Shown here: piece by piece, positions 14,114-25,808 of the stretch
Layout of the letters: each line of letters begins with the position of its first letter
How positions within the stretch are numbered: position 1 is the stretch's first letter
Assembly (NCBI RefSeq): GCF_006345805.1
Contig: NC_042997.1
Location: 73,222,001-73,286,000 of the forward strand
Source: Octopus sinensis
Taxonomy: Eukaryota
Length of the DNA: 64,000 nt
Direction: 5' to 3'
The notes under the pieces: model-generated
Told to the model about the DNA's origin: nothing
Database searches by the model: none
Seen by the model: only the letters and a program-made list of their open reading frames with translations
Made by a program: the position numbers and the translations under genes

Positions 14114-14693
14114 TCACACACATATATATATACATAGGTATATCGATACATATAAATTTGACATGAGCGCTTCTTTCTTGTTTTGGGATGCATAGTCAAA
14201 TGGCTGGTTGGAATTGCGCGAAAAATTACGCAGTTGTGTAGAATGATCCGGTGTTGATGCTGGGCGTATTTTTTCAAAGTTCCCAAGGTTACCGAGATAA
14301 TCTACTATAATAATATTCTTATGTTAATGAATGAGAAAGGAAGGGTGGTAGATGAATAAGAAAGGAAGGGGTGATGTCATACTTGGTAGTGTACGCTGAA
14401 AAATAAATCAAACAGCGTTTCAGCGTCAATATATGTGTGTGTCTGTAAAAGAGGGTATGTGAATGTGTGTGTGTGCGTGTGTTTCTGTATGTGGGTGCGT
14501 GGGCGCGTGCATTGGAAGTGCGGTGGTTCATCTTTGTTCGCTTAGTATTTGGGTTTATGTTTTGATTTCGTTTAATCTTGGTTGGTCTTTTTTTGGGTCA
14601 GTTACTTTTAGCGGTTTGACAGAAAAAAAGAAGTCGAATGTTTACACAGAGCAGGTTTTACAGCCACATCATCCAAACCGACCGCTAGCATAC

Positions 14694-14743
<50 letters not shown>

Positions 14744-15157
14744 CTAGTATATATAATATATATATACATACTTAAAATATTGCAGCTAAAATTAAAATTT
14801 GAATATTAAAAAATATTTTATTATAGTTTACAAATAACACTATACTTATTTAAGTAGAATTTGGCTAATTTACTACCTTAAATACAGAAACAAAGTGACT
14901 ACAAATTAGCTGAACAGTTTTGTACAATAAATTTAAAAGATGAGAATTGAAAAAAGTGATAAATTAGAAGAATTGGCATTCTTTGCTGCAATATTTTGAG
15001 TAAAAAGTTTCTTATTCTTTACCTTACTCGAAGTAACAGTTTTTCCTATTCTTTTACAGGTGTAATAACTTGTCCTGTACATTTCCAGCTTTATAATCTT
15101 AAGAATATTACTTCTCGTGCTCGCATTTTTCCATGTAATATATATATATATATATAT

Positions 15158-15303
15158 AGGCGTGGCTGTGTGGTAAGAAGATTGCTTCCCAACCACACGG
15201 TTCCGGGTTCTGTCCCACTGTGTGTGGCACTTTGGGTAAGTGTCTTCTACTATACCCTCGGGCCGACCAAAGCTTTGTGAGTGGATTTGGTAGGCAGAAA
15301 CTG
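15158..15303 (+). mobile_element. tRNA-derived SINE (ggcgtggctgtgtggtaag family)
   Basis: A-box/B-box-like head; homologous to 26570-26714 and 63058-63225. Confidence 0.85.
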
Positions 15304-15433
15304 CCAAATTCAAGCCACGAAAGTTCTCGCGGCAAAAGCCATGTCTCTATCAGCCGCTGCTAAATTCAAACTATGACGAACAGAGAAGATGGCCTAGAAG
15401 TCGAAAATTTTAAACTCACAGAGACAACACTAG

Positions 15434-15530
15434 TATATCGCCTGAGGATCTAATTACACAAACAAACAGTTGCACAATCAAATTCCTGTATGCTTGGAAA
15501 ACTACGTTGTGTCAAAACAACCGTAGCGAT
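15434..15530 (+). ncRNA. Degenerate homologue of the 18641-18740 hammerhead, downstream of a Penelope 3' end
   Basis: atcgc CTGAGGA...gttgtgtc AAAA caaccgt A gcgat; G12 mutated; downstream flank aligns with 18600-18640 (reverse complement). Confidence 0.55.
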
Positions 15531-15583
15531 TAATAAATAAATGTCCATCTGTACGCCTTCATCTTGACTCCAATTTCTTCAAT

Positions 15584-15636
<53 letters not shown>

Positions 15637-15640
15637 TGTG

Positions 15641-15675
<35 letters not shown>

Positions 15676-15703
15676 ATACACACATTTATATATATACACA
15701 TAC

Positions 15704-15737
<34 letters not shown>

Positions 15738-16506
15738 AAATATATATACATATGTGTATATATAAACCATAAAAGTCAGTATGAGAAATGAATATACATT
15801 TATTTAACCATGTGACATCCTTAGAATTACGGCTGTTTAACAAGCTTATTCATGTAGTATTACTTCACGTGGGGAAGAAATTATGTTTACATGTTTACAT
15901 GTTTACATAAATATTCTGGTTGGCATTATGCTTTACAATTGTATATTTACAAATCAACGAAAATAAAGTTAGTTCATTAGATTGCCAGAATATGATAGTT
16001 ACAGCAACGTTCAATTGTGTGTGAGTGTGTGAGTGTGTGTGTGTCTGTGTGTGTGTTTAATTTACTGCCTCCTTGCCCTGCTATCGGGCTGTAGTTATAA
16101 TAGTGTGTCACTCATGCAAAGTGTTCTTTGTTTCCAAACTACTACGTAATCATGTCTAGGCTTGATGAAATATGACCTTACTTGGAAACGAGTGCTGGCG
16201 ACGTGAATGACATCCGGGTATACAAAATCTGTCTGATTCGTGCGAGTGTGGAAGAGCGGATGTATATTATATATATATATATATATATATACTACATGGA
16301 TGATAATATTTTGAGACGAGGTTTTAGAACCGTGAGTGATTGTCCAAGTGTTTCAATTCTGTGTATGTACATGTATTTATCGACAACTGAAATTTATCAA
16401 TGGTTTCTATCTTTGCTTTGATGCGATATTTTCTATTATTAATAAAACTGTCAGCAGTGTTGACGACAGGTTATGTGAGTTTATTTATAATTAAAATAAC
16501 ACGTAC

Positions 16507-16673
16507 CTTTTAGAAGCCAGCACAAGGTGCGGTTCTGCACGTAAGAATGGGATACACTTTAATTCAAGGATGGCATGGTAAAAGGGGTGCGTAAAGTAAT
16601 CCCCGATCCATTTGGCGATCAAAACTGAAAACATTATTGGTAAAAGGAACTGAACATCGTTGGTAATTTCTAT
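16507..16673 (-). CDS. CLC exon G (167 nt): IEITNDVQFLLPIMFSVLIAKWIGDYFTHPFYHAILELKCIPFLRAEPHLVLASK(R)
   Basis: Not in ORF track; found by reading the minus strand. Acceptor tttttag, donor ag|gtacgt; phase 0/2; ExTN..LLPIM..AKW.GD..H..Y..L..K.IPFL motif. Confidence 0.95.
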
Positions 16674-17061
16674 CTAAAAAGAGAAATTACATACAAACTA
16701 TAAACTGTAATCAACCGAATGAAAAATATATGTAAGCTATCAATCTACAAGAATACAAAATTAATACTAGATTTTCGGTGCATCTAAAGAACGCCTTAAA
16801 TTTCATTCAGTTGAATGCAAATTGTAAATTATTTATTACACGAATACATAGCATCACACATTGCCTTTCTGTGGATTTGTGTGTTATGCGCACGTGTTTA
16901 GCCTGTACAATATTTAGTATACCCTTATTTGGTATTTATCTTAGATCACTTTGTTTCACTTATACTAAGTAAAATTACCTAGACTATAAATGTGTTCGAC
17001 TTCTTGATAAATATGAATGATACTTTTGCAGAAAATGTATGCCTTTAATATATACGAGATG

Positions 17062-17262
17062 AAGGCAGTGAGCACGCTGGGCGAAATACTTAGCGTTTTT
17101 CGACCGTCTTTACGTTCTGAATTTGAATTCCGCCGAGATCGACTTGCTTTTCTTCCTTTCGTGGTCGATAAAATAAGTAGAAGTTGAACACTGTTATTGA
17201 TGCAATCGACTAAGCCCTTCCCATGAAATTATTGGCCTTGTGCCAAAATTTGAAATAAATTT
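17062..17262 (+). mobile_element. Degenerate SINE (same family as 9465)
   Basis: gcgaaatacttagc...ttctga.tt.gaattccgccgag.tcgac. Confidence 0.8.
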
Positions 17263-17274
17263 AAAATCAATATA

Positions 17275-17990
17275 TACAAAGTGTGTTCAAAAAGTATCCG
17301 ACTTTATCTTTTCCCGTCAAAACTCATGCCGTGTGAGCAAAATCCACTGGGTGGGAGGTGATGCTGCCCTTTCTGTGCAGGCACAAAAATTTTCGTACCG
17401 GTTGACCGCATCATCTCCCGACTAATACGCCCAGAGTAAAAACGTATAGTGCATTGTTGTCGGATTTTCGTTTTAACGCCAGATGAGAGAACGTATTGAA
17501 CAGAGGCCGTAAATCCATCTTTCATCTCCAGAGATGATGGTCTCCATGAAGTCTTGGTCGTAGTTTACACAGACCAGCATGTTCTGAGCGATTTCCATGC
17601 ATGTTGCTTCTGCTGCTCAGCCAGCAACTAAGGGGCGAATTCCGCTGACACTCTCGGCACGCACAAATCCTCTATTAAAATTGAATGCACTGATCCTGTG
17701 TTTATTCCTGCTTCGTTAGCATTTTCTTTTATTATTACACGACAGTCTTCTCAATCGGCTCCTCGGAAGGCCTGCCTGAGCGTGCCTCACTTTCCACTGA
17801 ATGGCGGCCTGTTTGAAGTGGTTGTATCACTCCTTAATCCAAGTTTTGCTCATGGCATCATCGCCAAACACCTGCTGAGTCTTCTGGATAGTTTAAGTTT
17901 AAGTGTCACCAAGCTTTTGACAAAACTTGATGCATTAGATGAAAAAATGAAGTCAGGTGCTTTTTGAATGCATATCATATGTGAGTTAGT
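17275..17990 (-). mobile_element. Mariner transposon relic
   Basis: Minus strand gives HTH-like FCQKLGD..IQKTQQVFGDDAMSKTWIKE...RSGRPS; TA + caaagtgtgttcaaaaagtatccg TIR-like end. Confidence 0.75.
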
Positions 17991-18640
17991 TGAAAAATCT
18001 GAGGTTGAATTGGGAAATCGAACGTTCTTTGCTATTTTGAATCTATATGTGTGTGTGCGTGTATATATGTGTATGTATGTAAGTGTGTGTATGGTGAATT
18101 TTTCGTGGCTTAGTTACAGGGAGGAAAATGGAAATGAATAAAGAAAGAAAGAAGGAAAGAAAGAAAGAACGAAAGAAAGAAAGAAAGAGGGTAAAGGGTA
18201 TTTTACTGAGATTCTTTAAACTGCACTATATATTTTGGTCAGTTGACATGCTACCCAACTGTAGAAAGGAGTCAAAGGGATCAATTTTCTTTTAGTCAAT
18301 GCATTTTTTTGCCAGTTTTTATGTTATCCAGGTGTAGAAAATGTACTCTATAAAAATTGTTTTGGATGGAGTTTGGATGTGTGTATGTTTAAGTGTACGT
18401 GTTTGAATGTGTGTGTGTATGTGTGTGTGTGTGTGTATGTATGTGTGTGTGTGTTGTGTATGTGTGTGTGTGTGTTGTGTGTGTTGTATGTTGGTTGCTT
18501 ACGTGAATCTTTCCAGTTATTTTGTTAATTTACTGACGGTAATGAAAGCATTTTAATGAGGACTTCTCATGTGTTCACATATATTTATATATACTTAAAG
18601 AAATTGAAGTGAAGAAGGTGTACGGTTGGACATTTATTTA

Positions 18641-18740
18641 TTATTTGCTACAATTGTTTCGACGTAGTTCTCTAAGGTATTTGATTATGCAACTTTTTCT
18701 TTGCATAATGGAATCTAGTTGTGTCTCCTCAGGCAATATA
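18641..18740 (-). ncRNA. Penelope-type minimal type I hammerhead with palindromic stem III and long stem II insert
   Basis: Minus strand: tattgc CTGAGGA GAC...GTC GAA ACAATTGT A gcaaata; GUA site at 18649. Confidence 0.75.
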
Positions 18741-18779
18741 TGAGTGTTATCTCCGTTTATTTAAAATTGTCGACTCCAA

Positions 18780-19250
18780 GGCCATTGTCCCTGTTCATCG
18801 TGGTTTGAAAATAAAAATAGTACAAATAACAGCACCTGCCGCAGGAAATCCGCATCTCCGTTCATGAACCAGTGTCCCCCCTAAAAAAGACCTAATATAC
18901 AAATGCACAATCACCACATCGCAACAAAAATACGCATTTCATAGGTGCCTTAGAAAACAATTTAAGTTCGTCATCGCAACCATATCTCATCTTTCTGAAA
19001 GGAAAACAAACGACGAGCAACTTAACTGGCAGGCCTAATATGGAGATTGAAGATTTGAAAAATCAAAGGCCAAATGCAATGGGCAATAATGAAAAGTGCA
19101 TATCCATGCAATACACTAATCAGCACATTCGACCTTTGGCTTGAGGAAGCCTTAGGCATCTTGCTGAATAATGGAAACTTGGTAAACAAACATGGTGAGA
19201 AAATTCTCAGATGTCCCCACGCGCCAAATATGCATTCTCAAGACTAGACA
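18780..19250 (+). mobile_element. Penelope-like GIY-YIG endonuclease relic
   Basis: Frames give LIYKCTIT, FIGALENN, QWAIMKSAYPCNTLISTFDLWLEEALGILL..LVNKHGE..RCPH; (TAA)n follows at 19258-19328. Confidence 0.7.
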
Positions 19251-19256
19251 CTGTCA

Positions 19257-19328
<72 letters not shown>

Positions 19329-19444
19329 TCAAGCAGTTTTCCCCATCCCCTTTTTCCACCCTACTTAAGTTTCCGTTCTTTTATTTTTTCATTTCTCTCT
19401 CTATATATAAGTACTTTGTCCGGGTGTCTCTGTCTCTGTCTCTG

Positions 19445-19543
<99 letters not shown>

Positions 19544-20400
19544 ACATATAATCTCTAGACCCAGCACTGTGAAATAATAGTATTATGATTAACAACTAAT
19601 AGTAATTCAGAAAACACCTAGTCGGACTGTGATCGTTTCCCTATTTATATATATGGTTCCCACCTACATGTCTACATTTCATGAGCGTATCTACTGTTTG
19701 TGTAGATATATAGGTATATATGATTAAAAATACACATTAAGTACAGGACATCACCAGCGAGTGAAAAGTACGTAAACACACGAGAGATAAGTACAAAACA
19801 GATAAAAAATACGCATTAAGTAGAGGATATCGCCAACGAGAGAAAAATATATAAGCACACACAAAGATAAGTACAGGATAAAATATCACAGAAACTCTAA
19901 CTCCTCTACAGTTGTCTACTGTTTATTACTACCTGTTTCGAGCTTTTAACGACAAGACAGGAAAATTTCATAAGACATCCAGAAACTTTTAAAATATAAA
20001 ATTTATGGAGAGTTAGGGCTTTGGGCGAAGACACGAAATCAGAGTGGACGTATGGAGTAAACCATCGACGAAGACAGACATTAAGGGCTGTTAAGCCAAG
20101 ACGAATTGTAATGGGTAACGCCTGGGAGCGATTTTGAAAAGATATAAAATAAATAGAAGAGAAAAATACTAGAAGAGAAAAAATATTGAGACGCGAGAGA
20201 AATTACGTCGATCTAGCTGGACGTCCCATCCAAAAAAGCCAGAGAGAAGGGGCAAAATGACTTGAAGCCACGTGTGATCAACAGGCAGAGGGGAAGGAGA
20301 CAAGAGAGAGGAGAAGGGAAGAAACGAAGGGGGTGAAAATGGAAAACAAAGATAGACAGGGGACAGCAAAGAAGGAAGGGGAGAAAAGAGATTTAGAAGA

Positions 20401-21848
20401 CTAGCAGAGTTACCCGGCGTTGCCCGAGTCACATACAATTGAAGAATTAGACTTTTCTGTTATATTTTTTGTAATGAACTGGAATACCTATGTTTCGAAT
20501 TTCATCAAAATTGTTGAGAATATTTTTAACTTGGGTCATATATCTATTGTTTGAATTTCTTTGAAATAGGAAATATATGTTCACTGGGTTTGTAAAAGAG
20601 AACAAAGCTACAGGAAACCAAAAGACGAATGATCACAATAAGCAGTCAGCTACAGTACCCTAGTCGTTACCACTCCCAATGTAGGATTCCTCACCATGCA
20701 TGTGACAGGCACAGTCGTAAGATGCATTACGAATCTATAGCAATTGAAGGGCATGACCCAACTGAAATACACATTAAAAATTGTGTGACGTGAGGGTTAA
20801 GGAGAAATGAAAGCTGGAGTTTGCAAATGATCCCTATACTGATACGTAACTGGACAGAATAAATATACAATCTATAACTGTCTTTGAATAACAAGTCACT
20901 CATCTGGGAAGGCCTTGAAATCAATGTTACCATGTGGGGACTATGTGACCCAGTGATAATTAAAAGACTGAAAGGAGATCTGCAGCCAAGTAGCTTTACT
21001 CAACACTTTGCAACTGAATCAGTGGAGGCAAAGATGCCTCTCATTTACTTGACCATTTATGCAGCACATTGCAGAAATCACAATCTAAGTGTATGTCAAA
21101 GCAAACTCTTACACTGTTCTACCATTGAATTACAAATAATGTTCATCTTCTATGCTCGGATGACCCCAAAGCTTCCAAGAGTACAACTATTCGTCTTTGC
21201 TTAGATAAAATGACAAAATTGTGGGTGTTAAGTCCCCATAAAGGGGTCTTTCTAACTTGTAAGAAGATGAAATTTTATAAATATTACTTCATTTGTATCT
21301 AATATCTATGGTTAAAATTTCATCAACAGCAAAAATATATGAATTGTCATGGGGATTGTGGTCCTTAGGCATAGAATATAATTTCCAAATTTCGTAAAGA
21401 TCTATTCGGTACTTTTGACTTAGTTTTGGATCATAAAAGAAATGACTAAAATTTGGTAGTTAAGGCCCCCATTAGGGTGTCTTAGAATCTTCATGTGAAG
21501 TGGAAACTTTGAGAATACTTCTTGATGTGTGTCAATTACCCATGGTTGAAATTTTATCAACATCGAATATTTATAAATTTTCGAGGGGGGTTCTGCCCCC
21601 TTTAAGCCTTCTGAAATTCAAACCAAACATATTGCATTATACCCGCTCTTATGCATTGAATCTAAGTTTCAAATATCATAAGGATCCATTCAGCAATTTT
21701 GGTCCATGAAATTGTATGAAACACAAAGCATTATCCTTCTCCCTTCGATTTTTTGTTCCAAATTTCATTATGATCGGTGCAGCAGTTTTCAAATGTATAA
21801 GTAATACACGACACATAAAGATATTGTCTTTGGTATAATAAATATGAA
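20401..21848 (-). mobile_element. Non-autonomous Helitron-like element
   Basis: Minus-strand 3' end ctcgggcaacgccggg hairpin - taactctg - CTAG|T at 20401; 5' end-like atatttattatacc near 21848. Confidence 0.6.
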
Positions 21849-22055
21849 TGTACACATATACATTCATGTATATATATATATATAGCGTGGGCAGTATATT
21901 TAAAAAAACCGTTACGGTTGCAATATACATCATATAATTAAGGGCTAAAGAGGGTTATTCTAAAGCCAAATACACTGTTTTATCCACTTATAATCCGCTT
22001 GTTACAGGAAAATTGAAACTGAAAACGGGCAACTAACCTTTAGAAAATTTAAATT

Positions 22056-22131
22056 TCGTTATCTCTATATTGAATCAATTTCGGACTTAATCTTATAAAA
22101 AGATATATTCCTTCTTCAGTAGAAATTTCGA
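22056..22131 (-). ncRNA. Type I hammerhead ribozyme fold, array copy M1 (predicted cleavage after A at 22068)
   Basis: Minus strand reads tcg-aa-ATTTCTA-CTGAAGA-A-GGA...TCC-GAA-ATTG-att-CAAT-A-TAGAGAT-aa-cga: full core, stems I/II/III and an AUA site. Confidence 0.85.
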
Positions 22132-22547
22132 TGGGATATAATAAAATACTCACGTATGATCATGGAAAAAGCACAAGCTAAAAACATAACTACACTTGAG
22201 TACATCATTTATATCTAAAAATAAAAATTCTTTGGTCAGCCTCAGAAAACAACGTCCAGACCTTTCGCCGCTACAAATTGTAATGGTTACCAGTCCTCCT
22301 GTAGCAAGCATCGAGTTTACTACTAAGCAATATAGGATGAAGTCCCTTACTCTACAGCAAAGGAATTCATCAGGAAGCGTGGGCAGTATATTTAAAAAAA
22401 CCGTTACGGTTGCAATATACATCATATAATTAAGGGCTAAAGAGGGTTATTCTAAAGCCAAATACACTGTTTTATCCACTTATAATCCGCTTGTTACAGG
22501 AAAATTGAAACTGAAAACGGGCAACTAACCTTTAGAAAATTTAAATT

Positions 22548-22623
22548 TCGTTATCTCTATATTGAATCAATTTCGGACTTAATCTTATAAAAAGATATAT
22601 TCCTTCTTCAGTAGAAATTTCGA
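22548..22623 (-). ncRNA. Type I hammerhead fold, array copy M2 (cleavage after 22560)
   Basis: Identical to M1. Confidence 0.85.
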
Positions 22624-23040
22624 TGGGATATAAATAAAATACTCACGTATGATCATGGAAAAAGCACAAGCTAAAAACATAACTACACTTGAGTACATCA
22701 TTTATATCTAAAAATAAAAATTCTTTGGTCAGCCTCAGAAAACAACGTCCAGACCTTTCGCCGCTACAAATTGTAATGGTTACCAGTCCTCCTGTAGCAA
22801 GCATCGAGTTTACTACTAAGCAATATAGGATGAAGTCCCTTACTCTACAGCAAAGGAATTCATCAGGAAGCGTGGGCAGTATATTTAAAAAAACCGTTAC
22901 GGTTGCAATATACATCATATAATTAAGGGCTAAAGAGGGTTATTCTAAAGCCAAATACACTGTTTTATCCACTTATAATCCGCTTGTTACAGGAAAATTG
23001 AAACTGAAAACGGGCAACTAACCTTTAGAAAATTTAAATT

Positions 23041-23116
23041 TCGTTATCTCTATATTGAATCAATTTCGGACTTAATCTTATAAAAAGATATATTCCTTCT
23101 TCAGTAGAAATTTCGA
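23041..23116 (-). ncRNA. Type I hammerhead fold, array copy M3 (cleavage after 23053)
   Basis: Identical to M1. Confidence 0.85.
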
Positions 23117-23271
23117 TGGATATAAATAAAATACTCACGTATGATCATGGAAAAAGCACAAGCTAAAAACATAACTACACTTGAGTACATCATTTATATC
23201 TAAAAATAAAATTTATGTTTTTAGCTTGTGCTTTTTCCATGATCATACGTGAGTATTTTATTTATATCCCA

Positions 23272-23347
23272 TCGAAATTTCTACTGAAGAAGGAATATAT
23301 CTTTTTATAAGATTAAGTCCGAAATTGATTCAATATAGAGATAACGA
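23272..23347 (+). ncRNA. Type I hammerhead fold, array copy P1 (cleavage after 23335)
   Basis: tcgaaatttcta CTGAAGA A GGA atatatctttttataagattaag TCC GAAA ttgattcaat A tagagataacga. Confidence 0.85.
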
Positions 23348-23763
23348 AATTTAAATTTTCTAAAGGTTAGTTGCCCGTTTTCAGTTTCAATTTTCCTGTA
23401 ACAAGCGGATTATAAGTGGATAAAACAGTGTATTTGGCTTTAGAATAACCCTCTTTAGCCCTTAATTATATGATGTATATTGCAACCGTAACGGTTTTTT
23501 AAAATATACTGCCCACGCTTCCTGATGAATTCCTTTGCTGTAGAGTAAGGGACTTCATCCTATATTGCTTAGTAGTAAACTCGATGCTTGCTACAGGAGG
23601 ACTGGTAACCATTACAATTGTAGCGGCGAAAGGTCTGGACGTTGTTTTCTGAGGCTGACCAAAGAATTTTTATTTTTAGATATAAATGATGTACTCAAGT
23701 GTAGTTATGTTTTTAGCTTGTGCTTTTTCCATGATCATACGTGAGTATTTTATTTATATCCCA

Positions 23764-23839
23764 TCGAAATTTCTACTGAAGAAGGAATATATCTTTTTAT
23801 AAGATTAAGTCCGAAATTGATTCAATATAGAGATAACGA
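23764..23839 (+). ncRNA. Type I hammerhead fold, array copy P2 (cleavage after 23827)
   Basis: Identical to P1. Confidence 0.85.
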
Positions 23840-24255
23840 AATTTAAATTTTCTAAAGGTTAGTTGCCCGTTTTCAGTTTCAATTTTCCTGTAACAAGCGG
23901 ATTATAAGTGGATAAAACAGTGTATTTGGCTTTAGAATAACCCTCTTTAGCCCTTAATTATATGATGTATATTGCAACCGTAACGGTTTTTTTAATATAC
24001 TGCCCACGCTTCCTGATGAATTCCTTTGCTGTAGAGTAAGGGACTTCATCCTATATTGCTTAGTAGTAAACTCGATGCTTGCTACAGGAGGACTGGTAAC
24101 CATTACAATTTGTAGCGGCGAAAGGTCTGGACGTTGTTTTCTGAGGCTGACCAAAGAATTTTTATTTTTAGATATAAATGATGTACTCAAGTGTAGTTAT
24201 GTTTTTAGCTTGTGCTTTTTCCATGATCATACGTGAGTATTTTATTTATATCCCA

Positions 24256-24330
24256 TCGAATTTCTACTGAAGAAGGAATATATCTTTTTATAAGATTAAG
24301 TCCGAAATTGATTCAATATAGAGATAACGA
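24256..24330 (+). ncRNA. Type I hammerhead fold, array copy P3 (cleavage after 24318)
   Basis: Core intact; one A fewer in the stem I internal loop. Confidence 0.83.
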
Positions 24331-24746
24331 AATTTAAATTTTCTAAAGGTTAGTTGCCCGTTTTCAGTTTCAATTTTCCTGTAACAAGCGGATTATAAGT
24401 GGATAAAACAGTGTATTTGGCTTTAGAATAACCCTCTTTAGCCCTTAATTATATGATGTATATTGCAACCGTAACGGTTTTTTAAAATATACTGCCCACG
24501 CTTCCTGATGAATTCCTTTGCTGTAGAGTAAGGGACTTCATCCTATATTGCTTAGTAGTAAACTCGATGCTTGCTACAGGAGGACTGGTAACCATTACAA
24601 TTGTAGCGGCGAAAGGTCTGGACGTTGTTTTCTGAGGCTGACCAAAGAATTTTTATTTTTAGATATAAATGATGTACTCAAGTGTAGTTATGTTTTTAGC
24701 TTGTGCTTTTTCCATGATCATACGTGAGTATTTTATTTATATCCCA

Positions 24747-24822
24747 TCGAAACTTCTACTGAAGAAGGAATATATCTTTTTATAAGATTAAGTCCGAAAT
24801 TGATTCAATATAGAGATAACGA
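24747..24822 (+). ncRNA. Type I hammerhead fold, array copy P4 (cleavage after 24810)
   Basis: Core intact; one T>C in the distal part of stem I. Confidence 0.83.
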
Positions 24823-25239
24823 AATTTAAATTTTCTAAAGGTTAGTTGCCCGTTTTCAGTTTCAATTTTCCTGTAACAAGCGGATTATAAGTGGATAAAA
24901 CAGTGTATTTGGCTTTAGAATAACCCTCTTTAGCCCTTAATTATATGATGTATATTGCAACCGTAACGGTTTTTTTAAATATACTGCCCACGCTTCCTGA
25001 TGAATTCCTTTGCTGTAGAGTAAGGGACTTCATCCTATATTGCTTAGTAGTAAACTCGATGCTTGCTACAGGAGGACTGGTAACCATTACAATTTGTAGC
25101 GGCGAAAGGTCTGGACGTTGTTTTCTGAGGCTGACCAAAGAATTTTTATTTTTAGATATAAATGATGTACTCAAGTGTAGTTATGTTTTTAGCTTGTGCT
25201 TTTTCCATGATCATACGTGAGTATTTTATTTATATCCCA

Positions 25240-25315
25240 TCGAAATTTCTACTGAAGAAGGAATATATCTTTTTATAAGATTAAGTCCGAAATTGATTCA
25301 ATATAGAGATAACGA
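25240..25315 (+). ncRNA. Type I hammerhead fold, array copy P5 (cleavage after 25303)
   Basis: Identical to P1. Confidence 0.85.
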
Positions 25316-25732
25316 AATTTAAATTTTCTAAAGGTTAGTTGCCCGTTTTCAGTTTCAATTTTCCTGTAACAAGCGGATTATAAGTGGATAAAACAGTGTA
25401 TTTGGCTTTAGAATAACCCTCTTTAGCCCTTAATTATATGATGTATATTGCAACCGTAACGGTTTTTTTAAATATACTGCCCACGCTTCCTGATGAATTC
25501 CTTTGCTGTAGAGTAAGGGACTTCATCCTATATTGCTTAGTAGTAAACTCGATGCTTGCTACAGGAGGACTGGTAACCATTACAATTTGTAGCGGCGAAA
25601 GGTCTGGACGTTGTTTTCTGAGGCTGACCAAAGAATTTTTATTTTTAGATATAAATGATGTACTCAAGTGTAGTTATGTTTTTAGCTTGTGCTTTTTCCA
25701 TGATCATACGTGAGTATTTTATTTATATCCCA

Positions 25733-25808
25733 TCGAAATTTCTACTGAAGAAGGAATATATCTTTTTATAAGATTAAGTCCGAAATTGATTCAATATAGA
25801 GATAACGA
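25733..25808 (+). ncRNA. Type I hammerhead fold, array copy P6 (cleavage after 25796)
   Basis: Identical to P1. Confidence 0.85.

Noticed and set aside
24980-25110. Second CTGATGA in each unit as another hammerhead
   Set aside because: The following hairpin (ttcctt/aaggga) is not followed by GAAA, and the later GAAA-GGTC gives no stem III or stem I pairing.
22150-25713. Recurrent 77-aa and 91-aa ORFs in the 493-bp unit as genes
   Set aside because: They overlap on opposite strands, have no recognisable domain, and are broken by indels in several units; they only reflect the repeat period.
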